Under the pieces are notes generated by a model. The model searched no databases. It saw only the letters and a list, made by a program, of their open reading frames with translations, and had not been told where the DNA came from. This document shows, one piece after another, positions 1-11,478 of a stretch of DNA of 64,000 nt; position 1 is the stretch's first letter; each line of letters opens with the position of its first letter. Both the position numbers and the translations under genes were made by a program. Location: NCBI GenBank assembly GCA_051362555.1, contig CM120643.1, positions 20,588,848-20,652,847 of the forward strand. The letters are read 5' to 3'. This stretch comes from Lingula anatina (lineage: Eukaryota > Animalia > Brachiopoda).

Positions 1-88
1 TCAATCTTAGATTGTTTGAATTCCTATTTGTGCTAATTCTTCTATCTGTAGAATGCATCTCTGAGTGTAAAGACACATGTCCACTTAC

Positions 89-3000
89 TACATCTATTCC
101 CTCTATTGTGGTAGTAATTAGATGCAGCACATTCTCACACATCTTCCTCAGGGCCCAGTTGCTCACATATTCCGGGTCATTGGACCTGGTCTGTCAAATA
201 AATGAAAAAATTATATAATAGACATATTGCAGCAATAACATTTATTCTTATTGATCCTTTTGCATGTTATCTGATCTGAGAAATAACCTGACATGAGAAA
301 TAAATAATGATTTAAAAATAATACAACAATAACCAGTATTGTAATTTATCTGTTTAGTCTTTATATTGTACCATTTGTATTTCAAATTAGATAAGCCAAT
401 TTCAAGGGGGTAAATATACGGAACAACCAAAAAATTCTGACATAGCCCTATTTTACCAATCTAACTGATAATCATTATGAGAATCAGCTTATGGTGCATT
501 TCTCTGTTAAGTATAAAACAGTACTTTACTGTCTATTTGCAAAACAGGGCCTACTTTTGTATCGTCTGGTAAAGAGCACTGTCTGATGACAAAGTCAACC
601 ATCAACTGTCCACCTTCCTCCTCCAGGTGGCCATGATGAGCCATAGCACTGACCACCTGGGCTATCACTTTCTTCACCTGAGAAATAATACACATAACAA
701 ATAGTTCACTAAAAAACTAAAACTAATTATAAATATTACCTATACACATCATGATTTTCAATATGAGCTTATCTTCACTTTTAACAAACAATCTACATAA
801 TTTTACCAATCTGTAAACATTCAGCATGTATGCATTTACCTTGTTGTTAGTTTCATTCAGTGCCAATCCTTTCAATCCAGACACAATAAGAGCTTTCTTA
901 TTCTCCATAGCCTCTCCTGGAGACAAAGTATTCATTTAACAGTAAGATATTTTGATAAACATGTTGTTATAAGTACAATCATATGTGTAAATATGAACAG
1001 TGAAAGCAAACAAAGTTGTACTGTGTATAAATTTGCAGCAAAACAAAGTGTCATTTGTGAGTTCAACTCTAACTTGTCATCAATGACAGTAAGCAAATCT
1101 GTTGTGTTTCAAACTGTAGCAAAAACTGAATCAACATATTATTACTTGCTACCTATTAATCTTTCATAACCAATGGCAGTGAAATAATGTCTTAAATTGT
1201 GGGAATACAAAGAGCTAATTGCACAGTGATGATGACACTGGACTTGAAAAGAAGTTCTCATTTAATAAATTTGTCAACTGTTTTTGAAAGCCTTAAAGTA
1301 AACTTAAAAGGCTAGTTGGCTGTTTAGGGGGAAACTTTTTGTGCTTTATAAAGATATAAATGCCTTAGCATAAACACAATATAGACTTATTCATCCCTAC
1401 CTCCAGTATTGATGAGCTGTTTGAAAATAATCAGTGTGGCAATCTTGGTTCTTTCATTGCTTGTCTCCAACTTTGTCAGTAGGTAACCCACCAGTCTGTC
1501 TGAGAAAGCAGTGGCTATAAAAAAAATGCTGAAAATTTATCTATATTCACTGTTAACCGAATAGCCTAGATTTATGAAGTTTCGTCTGAAAATACTGTAG
1601 AATTAAGAAAGCAGACCTTAAGTTATCTGTTTTCTTCTTACAATTGTCTAGCTTTTGTGAATTTTCCATTGTAAATATGTTGGCTGGAAATGTACAGATT
1701 GAACGTACAGAGATGCACTTGTTATATCTGTAACATTGTGATGTTGTGTTACATGTTCTCCTTCTTCATATAAGTTATCTTATTGTAGTCAATTATAACA
1801 GTGTTAGATAAACAAGTAATTTTATTTCAAATTTCTGACCTGGGTCATAAATCATTACTGAAAAAGGTCTTTCAATCATGTGGTCATGTATAGAGCTTTG
1901 GGTATAATTTTTAAGGAATGTATCCAAGGAAGTATTAGCATATTGTTTGTTTTGCAACCAATATGAAGTGTGACATAATGTTGTCATTACTTAACTTACC
2001 AATTACAGAGAAGCACCTTAGTACCTCATTGTGGTTTTTGATAGATCCTGGGACATTAAAATCTGGAAGGCTACAGGCCTGAAAATGTCATAAAAATGTC
2101 AATTAGACTTAAATACCCTCTTTTTTATCTTCTTACAATAAATGACTTCAAATCCTAACAAATAATTTTTTCTTAACAACATAAAATATTTCCATATGCT
2201 TTTCAATTTGAACTTAATGCTAATTTATGTTTTATTTTATATAACAAATTATATTAAATCTGAAATTAAATCTATTCTCCAATAGTGTAAAATATACCAT
2301 AGTATCTTAATATTAAAATACCAAGCCTAGAATTATTTTGTAACTATTATCTTATCACTCACTACGTTTGATTTGTACACATAATATTTTTTGTTTCTCT
2401 AAATGTAAAAATTTAGAGTAAATAAAAATAATATGGTTAATATCAAAAAAATAGGAATCATGGGAATAAAAAGCAAAAACAAAACAATACAAGAGATTGC
2501 AAAACGATAGGTTAGAATGACAGATAACCTGGAAGATAATTTTTCACCTTGTTATCACTTAATGGTATATCATAATCATAGTACTGATGGTAAATATTCA
2601 GCACACAAAGGAGGACATATAATGAAACAATTGATATACCATTCAACTGAATGAAAAAAACTATTTAAACTGGATTCATAAAATATGAGTAAGAGATCCC
2701 TTATCAAAGGGTATGGTACAGTTCAGTAAGTAACAGTTCAGCAGATTTTATATGAAATAAAATGCCCATGTCCTAATATGCATTACTCACAATATCATTT
2801 TGTAATGAAGTAACATTACTGCAGTATGAAAAAGCAAAAACATACCATGGAGTAGACAAAACAAAAGGGTGGTAAGAGTAAATTTTGAGTCTTAAAATTC
2901 ACACCTATTTTCAATCTTAACTTCTTTTGTGAAACTGGTCTCTGGACCATTCCATTTATTACAGGTATGAAATAGCATACCTGAGTAAACAGATTATTTA

Positions 3001-6000
3001 GCACCAAGTCCAAATGTGGTTCCAGTATGGTGCACTCGCCCTGCACCGCCGCATCCAGCACCATGCAGAGACCCTGTGTTATGTGAAAGGACTCCGCGGC
3101 ATGCTTTTTGTACAGGTTCAAAATGCCAGAGATGAGTCGTGGTAACTGCTCCTCCAAGTTTTCGCGACTCATGATGTGCGCCATGTTGCCCAAGGCATCA
3201 ACAATGGCAAGACGGAGCTGGGTAGTAAAAAAAGGTACAATTAAACAGATTTTTTTAAAATAAAGCATTTTAAAAGCATATGCTTAAAGTACTAAAAAGT
3301 CTAATGTACTACATTATTAGGCATTACCCTTAAAATCAAAATAAAAATGCTCACTCTGAGTTTCAAAATAAGAATTTATTAATGTTACCCTCCTTATTAA
3401 AAAAAAAAAGTCAAACGTGTTTCACAACAATTTTGTGTAGAAATAAAAAAGCTAAAATATTTAAAAGTCAAGTGTTTTATCTGGTTAAGATTCAGTAAGA
3501 CTGGCTTGAATTCTCATCTAAGTGAAATCAATAATGATGCTGATGATGATAATGACAAAACATCATGCAAAATTATATAAGTTATCTAGAATTATTACAG
3601 TTACTATAGTAGCTAATCATTCAAAAACCTACCTTAGCCTCCTTGGACTGTAACCACACATTAAAAAGTATGTCATAGGCAGAGTATATCTCTCCAGCAA
3701 AGGCTTCCTTCTTCACATTAGGATCAGGGGCCTTCTCAATATTGACAACATAGTCCAATATGGCCTCACTGAATTTTCCCAGAGCTGGAAATCACATGAC
3801 ATGTGTACAAATTTCATCAGAAAAGATGCAATTGAGGCAAAAAACAAAAGACAACGTAGTCCAATATGGCCTCACTGAATCTCCCATAGCTGGAAAACAC
3901 ATGACTTGTGTACAAATTTCATCAGAAAAAAACGCAATTAAGGCAAAAAACTGAAAACTATGAAATCTGCAAAATTATTATTGACTGGCACACATATACT
4001 CTGAAATAATGACATATAAACACTGTGCCTTCATAACTCAGATTGTTTTGTTTGTTACAAGTCATGGTTCTTCTTCCATTCATATTACACACACTTACAA
4101 GAGCAACCGTAAATTCAATGCTTTTCACACAAATTTTCAAAAACTTTATCTGGCTGATTCAACAAAAATCCCGTCAGTTAATGACATCAGAAGAGGAACA
4201 ATGGCATATGGTCAAATTACTTAAATTGCAGTCTATTTGAAAATAAAAATTCCTACCTGAGGAGAATACCCACTTCATGTTGTCATGTTTGGCCATGCCC
4301 AGCAGAGGGAGCATTGTCCCCAAGACTACATTCAAGAAAGGCACAATTCCAAATGCTACAAAATAACGAGAGAGAAAAATATGCAGTATTTCAAAGATAA
4401 TTTTATGTTGAAACAGTAAAGATATCCAATGTATAATTTTTTCATCACAAAGTCAGAGTTTAGTTTAAGTTCACCACGAATGCTCAGCACACAGCCCCTA
4501 CAAGCTAAGGTTTCCAGAAAGAGAACCATGGACTGAAGGTGTGGCTTGAATCCAGCTATTTGTAAGTGTAGTAAGTACAGTTCATGTTTGTAATCCACAT
4601 CAGGTGTCACTCTTTACATATCACATAACAAACTATAAGAAAGTTTGCAGGTATAAACAGTTCCTCGTTAGAAGATAATAACTAACTTTAAGACAGACTG
4701 AACTCATGTCATTATTCACATAAGCGAAAAAATTTAATCTAATACCGGACTTCCAAAGTAAACACGCAAAGAATCAGACCACAGTAGCACTTACAGTTTG
4801 CTGTGGCCAGATTAGCCATGGTCTGTACAACAAAGAAATGTGGCATCACTCCAGGCTGGAATTTCGCCACCAGGTTCTCCATGACAAGGGTGCAGTACTT
4901 CTTGCCTACTGCCACCAGGACACCACTGGCAGCCGTCTGCCACTCTGGCACCACTTCCTGGAAATAGTCAGGTTCTTTGCTAGGGAATATCACAATTCAT
5001 AGGGTGCATTCCCAATTTGACTATCTACAAAGTCAGGTTCTCTTCTGGAGAATGTTACTATTATTAGAAACATTCAATATTTCTTCCAAAAATGATAAAT
5101 TTTTGAATGCAATTTACATATCAAATTATTTTTCAAGTGTGCGCTTGTTTGAGTGTCAATGCTCATGTGTGTATAAATATAAACATAAAATATAGACTAA
5201 AATTCCAGTGTACTCGAAAATCATTCTTATCCTAAAATGCATATATTTCAAGACACAATGCCCTCATTCTATCTTGAAAATATCACCTTTGATTCTGTGA
5301 GTTCTTCAGATGCCTGAGCTATCAAATCAGCTGCCAGAGATTCCTTCAGTTCATCCAGTGTCTCTTTCAGTATCTTCTCTATGGCATTTAGGATCACAAC
5401 CCTGTGGCCGTGGTTAAGCTGGAAACAGAAGGGAACACTGATATTAATATTAAAGATGCATGGTAGAATGGGTCTTCAATCATAATTAATTAGTGGAGGT
5501 TGTGGAAATACATATAAAAATAACAAGACACCAGACAGCAAAAACATGGCAACAATATTTACAGATATATTAATTATTATTATTATTATTATCATTATTA
5601 TTATTATTATTATTATAGAAGCAATACACAGTATTCACTACAACTCATTCTGAAAAGAAAACACTGTTCACTAAACAGCAGAAACACAGCAACAATATTT
5701 ACAACACACTCACACGGGTAGTAAAAAAAATTGTAAAAAAAAATAAATAAATAAATGGCTTTATGAACATACCTTGGAATGCTTCTTGAGATAAGTATAA
5801 CAAGAACTAAGGACCAGGGCTGGCTGTTTTCTCCCCAACTCAAGGAGGGCTGATCCTATCATCTCTTGTGTGTCTTCATTTTTATCATAGGCCGAGTCTA
5901 TCATTGCCATCACCATCTCTAGAATAAGTTTGGTAATCATTTGAGATAATATATGTTTTAATTTTTAAATTTTATTTCTAGACTAACAACTTGATTTTAA

Positions 6001-7529
6001 CATGTTAAGGTTAAAACAGATTCACAAGAAAATGTACATACATACTGCCATATAACTGAAATATTTGTATCAACATTTCATGATTAATACAAACTGAAAA
6101 GGTATCCGTCCGTAGGGCTCGTAAGATTTATTCAATGATTTATTGATATCTAACAAACATATATATTTTAAAAGTGTTTATAAAGTAAGATCAATACAAA
6201 AAAAATGTTTACAGAAAATATTTGAATAATACTCCAAGTCCTTGAGGTACCCCTCCCAAAAAGAATCAAGCAGATTACTAATGATGTCTGAAATTTGGTA
6301 CTTGTAAAGGCATGCTATTTCATTCACTTGCAAAACAAGTTCAAAATTTAAAAAAAAAATGTACTTTAGTTTAAACTATCGACCTACAATATATGTCCTA
6401 AATTCAACTGATATATTTCTATTATTTACTCAATTATTCAAGACTTACTTAATTTGTACTATGAGCCAGTTTTAAAAATGAGTTTATGGTCTGAGTTTAT
6501 GGTGGTGAAGACAATCATTCCCTGATACTATTGTCTTCAGGTGCACACTTGAGTACTGATTACATATATTAACAAGTAACTTAAATCACATGACTCATGT
6601 CCTCTCCTCCCCCCTCCAATTCTTCTCGATTACAGAGGCCATGTACATCTAACTTCATTATGTAATACTGTCATTCATTCACAAATCATAATAGATGATT
6701 ATGTCCTTCACAAAATGTTACAAATTCTTTTAAAAATATATATATCATCAGAAGTCACAACTTGTGCCTTTTACAGTGTGTTGACAAATTCTTTAATTGT
6801 ACACTGTCAAGGGTTTTTTTTCATGGTGACATCTATTTTCTTATTCATTTTTCTTTTATTTATTCCTCACCAGCTTTTGCTATTACTTGTGATTGAAACC
6901 AGCTTTATATTAGTTTTTATTACAAAACAAGTGAAAGATGAAAATAATCTAGTGGTTTCTGTACTATTGTTTAATTATTATACTAGTACAGTGCCAATGT
7001 TGTATACATGGCAATAATTTGACATGAATAAATTGTAGCTAAGCCAAGTGGCTTCTGTGCCGACACTTACAACAGTCATAATCTTGCTATTAAAAATAAA
7101 TCTCTACAACCTTCTTTTGTCAGACTAACTCATTTGTATGGTTCCTGGCTGTAGTGTAAGACCAGCCCCTGCTAGTTCTACTAGTTCATATCTACTTCCT
7201 TAGATGATATTCAATATTGTGATTTTATAAAATAAAAATTCTACTCCTCTTCACGAAAAAGCTGTGAAAAACAAACACTCCCCTCCTCAAACGGATTATC
7301 TTAAAGACATGCACAGTAAAGTTTGTTGTCCCCTGCATCACAAATACTTTTAGTGCGGTCAGGAGAAGGTACCGGTCATGAGATGCAGCTGCGGTATGGG
7401 CACTGGCCGTTCTTTCAGCTCAAGTCTTTGGAATGGAGAGAAGGCATTAAAAATACATGTATTCATTACAAGCTTACCGTCCACCTGCCCTCCAGTCGCC
7501 CGTACTCCACCCTCGCTGTGGCCAGGCAT
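89..7529 (-). CDS. MROH1: Maestro heat-like repeat-containing protein family member 1-like, 5' part (12 exons, 492 codons; gene continues beyond the left edge)
   Basis: Exons in + coordinates: 7478-7529, 5773-5918, 5287-5418, 4795-4957, 4257-4355, 3633-3784, 2981-3217, 2000-2078, 1401-1514, 840-916, 555-677, 89-190. All introns are GT-AG and phases are consistent. Translation MPGHSEGG...MIDSAYDKNEDTQEMIGSALLELGRKQP...PEWQTAASGVLVAVG...PHFFVVQTMANLA...KNHNEVLRCFSVI...VISAMAHHG-like motif resembles the MROH1 N-terminus as I recall it. An alternative in-frame ATG lies at 7535. Confidence 0.88.
3745..3951. repeat. 105-bp tandem duplication spanning the MROH1 exon 6 acceptor
   Basis: acaacatagtccaatatggcctcactgaattttcccagagctggaa...gaggcaaaaaac is repeated as acaacgtagtccaatatggcctcactgaatctcccatagctggaa...aaggcaaaaaac. 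Confidence 0.9.
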
Positions 7530-7700
7530 GATCATCAACAATAATAATCCCTCTGTGTGTTTTCTTCCGGGAGTGTCAGCACAAATTAGAGCATAGCAAT
7601 GAAGTCGGAAGAAATCATGTGACGACCTCCATGTTGGCGATAAGTAGGTCAACTCCGCGGTGAATCAGTGGTCTCAATTTTGATTGGGCAAAAGTTTTAA
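7530..7700 (-). promoter_or_regulatory. Putative MROH1 core promoter
   Basis: CpG-containing segment just upstream of the ATG exon. It has an E-box-like TCATGTGAC (~7615-7623), a CCAAT box (TGATTGG 7681-7687 on +) and AACATGGAG on the - strand. Confidence 0.45.
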
Positions 7701-7925
7701 TGTTTCTAACGACGTACGGTAGAAATCTTAGAGATAAACCTCTTTCGCCTTGTTATAACATCCGAGAGCCCGGGCGGACATCAGGCTGCCCTATTTGGAT
7801 AAATACTGTAAAACCTGGAAGCTGATAGTAAACGTCCAAAAAAATAAAAAAAATAAATAAATAAATAAATAAATAAACGAAAGTAATGATTTTCCACAAA
7901 CCTGGCCACATATTAAATAATCCAA

Positions 7926-8095
7926 GGGACCATTCCCAAACCCTACCGTACTAGCTAACTGTGGATAGATCTATCTCCGGCCGAGGGGATTCTCGCTAAA
8001 TTGCAATCAACTTAGATGTCTGTCACGCCTACTGAAGCTGCTAGGGGGTAATTAATTATCGTTTAGCAGCTTCAGTAGGTGTGCCAGACATCTTT
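7926..8095. mobile_element. Rearranged copy of the Harbinger-like MITE family seen at 44200-44414, with a ~30-bp stem hairpin (8014-8093)
   Basis: It shares ccattccca, gatc(g/t)atct, atgtctgtc(a/c)cgcctact and gggggtaattaa with 44200-44414. Inverted repeat: agatgtctgtcacgcctactgaagctgcta / tagcagcttcagtaggtgtgccagacatct. Confidence 0.7.
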
Positions 8096-9009
8096 AGAAG
8101 CCGCTTAATTATAAGCAGAAAGCAATCGCACCTGTAATTACACATTTGAATATTTTTCCCTCTTCTAAGGGTCTCCCTTAAACTTAAATAGGCCTACGCC
8201 TGTTGTAAACCGCCTTTGATCCTGATGTACTCTTTAATATCATATGTAAAGCCAAAATTATTCTAGCATCTGAAGTCATCTTACTCGGAACTTTCCGAGC
8301 AGGCCCATCAACGAAAGCGGCACGACCGAACTTTTGATTCAGTAGCTTTTCTGGTATAACAGCACGTCATACCACCTGTTAACCGTGTTCAGCAGAAAAA
8401 CGATATCTTCTAGGCGGAATTATTTGCCAATTCTTCTTTACTCAAATATTTCCATCGCTGCAATTGCTTAAATGGAAATCGCACCAGTAATTACACATTT
8501 GAATGTTTTTTTTTTTTTTCATAGATAAACATTTTCGGCCTAGATATTCAGCTGATAAGCAAACTAAGTTGTATATTTGCATCATGATTGCAAGTGTCTG
8601 GAAAATCTGTACTTAGCACAGACCTCCATGTATTTTCAGAAATAAATATCACAGCTTTCAAAGTAAAAGATTTTTTTAACAGCCAAAATCAAACCAATAA
8701 TGAAACTCACTTTACATTTTACTATTGAGCATTCATTTTCATGTGTATTCAACTCAATAAATAATCTGGGGGAAAACGCGTCTGCAATTTAGTGAGAAAC
8801 CCCTAGCTTCTGTTAGAACGTACCCATTCCAAGCATTTCTCAAGGAACTGAACAGATAGAAATCTGCCCAGAATATTGCTACCTTGGTTTTGTGTTCACA
8901 CTATCAGGAAACTTGATTAAAGCAATGGAAACCCTGAAAGTTAAAGCACAGAAAGAGTTAGTTTTTCAAAATCCACCACCAGCTGTTTTCCAGTCCAGTT
9001 AAAATCGCC

Positions 9010-9520
9010 AGTAAACTTTTCTCCCCATGCGTAGCTACGCCTGCAGATTATGGGCCCCTTTAAGCCTAGGTCCCAACTACATTTTGAACGAACGGTTTTT
9101 AGGTTCCTTGCGTCCGGCTAGGACGTAGCTAGATCGCAGGGAAGGAATCAAGTAATTGGTGAAAAGTTTCTACGTGCTGTTTGCGTACTCCGAAAGTTTC
9201 ACGATGGACGTGCTCCTCACGCACGAACTCCCACGTTTTTCCCATTTTTCTGGCCGTAGCCCACACGTAGCAGCCCGTATGTTTGGTTGGGACCTAGGCT
9301 TTAGTCCCCTAGCCGAGTATGACGAATAAGCCTCTGGAAGTATGTGACAGACCACCTGCTGAAGATGTCCACAAAAAAGCCTGTAAAACATTCCTGGGGG
9401 TCCAAAGAAATGTGCCTAATCTAGCTGCTAGAAGTGAGCTGGGGAGCTATACCCAGTGTTGATACGTATGCTTGCCCTGGTGTACGTCAAAATACTGGTT
9501 CCATCTAAACAGACTTAATT
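9010..9520 (+). mobile_element. Decayed non-LTR retrotransposon (LINE) ORF2 fragment, C-terminal to RT, interrupted by a MITE
   Basis: Translation FLPMRSYACRLWA...CDRPPAEDVHKKACKTFLGVQRNVPNLAARSELGSY...KYWFHL, with stops and frameshifts, resembles the LINE motif PILxYGxEVWG...ExVHxKFCKxxLGV...NxAxxGELGRYP...KYW. Confidence 0.7.
9063..9300. mobile_element. PIF/Harbinger-type MITE (238 bp)
   Basis: Perfect terminal inverted repeats (TIRs) AGCCTAGGTCCCAAC / GTTGGGACCTAGGCT, with TTA on both flanks (9060-9062, 9301-9303). Confidence 0.8.
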
Positions 9521-10433
9521 GCCTGTGCAAAGAATCCCTGGCCGCCCAGCTTAGCCCTTGAAGCTGACAGGTTTGAAAGTAAAGGTGGTGCCTGGTTCTT
9601 TGGCATTAAACAAATAGGCAACTCAGTGGTGAAGTTGAGTGTTGGGATAGACCAAGGAGTTACAACTCTTTGGTTAAATTAAGAATCATGTTTTGGGTGT
9701 CGCATTTAGCCATAGGGAATCAAGATTGTCCAACTGTTCTTATATATTGCATAATACTGCACTGTATTTATATATACTTCACAAAATTGTAAATCCACCT
9801 AACTTTAGTTGCAAATAAAATTATTATTATTGATTATGAACCAACTGTTTTTATTTCTGAAACCTCCACAGATACATCCTCTAACATGTTTTCAAAAACA
9901 TGTATATCTACAAAATTTAATGTACGTCTCCGAAAAGTTAAAGCATACAGTCAATGTCTATACTGTATTTATTATTTATCTGAAAGACATGAAACGAGGC
10001 TCTTGGAAGAAAATAAATGTAACAGTAATTGAAATGATGATGATCTACTGGAGATGACATGAAGTTCAAATTGGATTCATTCTATTTTTTTTTTTATTTG
10101 AGTTGACAAATTAGATGCCAATTCTGCTCAGATTCACTCATAGATACTGGTAGGCACAATTACAATTAGTACAGAGTTCCCCAAAACTATGGTGTCTCTC
10201 TTTTGTTTTTTCATTACCATAAATAAAAACTTAACCTGATACAAACAGTAACATGGCCTTTTAAAGCTTCAGGAGTCCTTCAGTTCCCGTCTGCCATTGC
10301 ATTGGAGAACTATAAGCACTATAGTCAGTTGAACATTATATATCTCTATGTTGTAAATGATCGTCAGTACAGCCAATGGAATTGTGCATCCACTGCTACA
10401 CACAGTATGCAACATTTAATGCAAGTCATTCTC

Positions 10434-11416
10434 TTATTTCACATGTTTCTTCTCAAAAAAGTTAGCACCTTCCAAGCCCTCTGGTAGGTAAGTTTGACGG
10501 CTACTATCCTGGTTGTGGCTGTACAGGTATCCTTTGCCATATCCTGCAATATCAAAAAACATGTATACAGTTTTATAACAAGGCAGCAAAGCTGTCAAAT
10601 GTACAGACAAAAAACAGAAAATAAAGATGCAAAAAAGGTCATTTTGTCAATTTTGATGCAATAATAAATAATGCCTATAATAGCACTGTCAGTCAACACT
10701 GAATTTTAATCTTGCACAACAGGTAACATGGTCAATAACAGGAGCAGACCCAGAGATATTTTCTGACAGTATTACAAAGTATCTATGTTGATCCATCCTC
10801 CATTTTGATGGTCTTCCAACAGAAAAAAATAGATACCAGTCAATATAAACTTAATAACCTGACTGTCTTCTGGAAGACCCAGAAGATGGTCTCAATCCAC
10901 CCCTTCAATAAGATTACAGTTTCAGGACCATGAGAATTCAAATTCACATTATGAAAGTCTCAATATTTGAAAAATGATGACAGTGCATAAAATAATATTA
11001 CATAATGTTTAAAGACATAAAAAACAATACAACTGCTTATGTAGAAATACAGAAAATGTGCAGAGCCCCAGGCAGATGAGAGTTAAAAGTCACAAATGCA
11101 AGTGTTTGAGAAAAAATTATAAAGGAAAACAACAAAACTAGAAAAGCACTTTGAGAGTGCAGACCTCTGCCAAGGCAGCAATTGTCATTATTATTGATAA
11201 TTGATTGATTATTGATCCGGACCACCACCAAAAATTAATCATTGTCCTCTTTGGTCCACTTCCGACAGTTCCTGAAAATTTCTGCAAAATTGGTCCATAA
11301 CTTTTTGTGTTATGTGGATGACAGACAAACAGGGGTGAAAATATAACCCCCTTGGCAGAGCTTGAGGTAAATATAATTCCAATGAAGATGCTATTCAAAC
11401 TTTTAATCTTCCAGTT

Positions 11417-11478
<62 letters not shown>

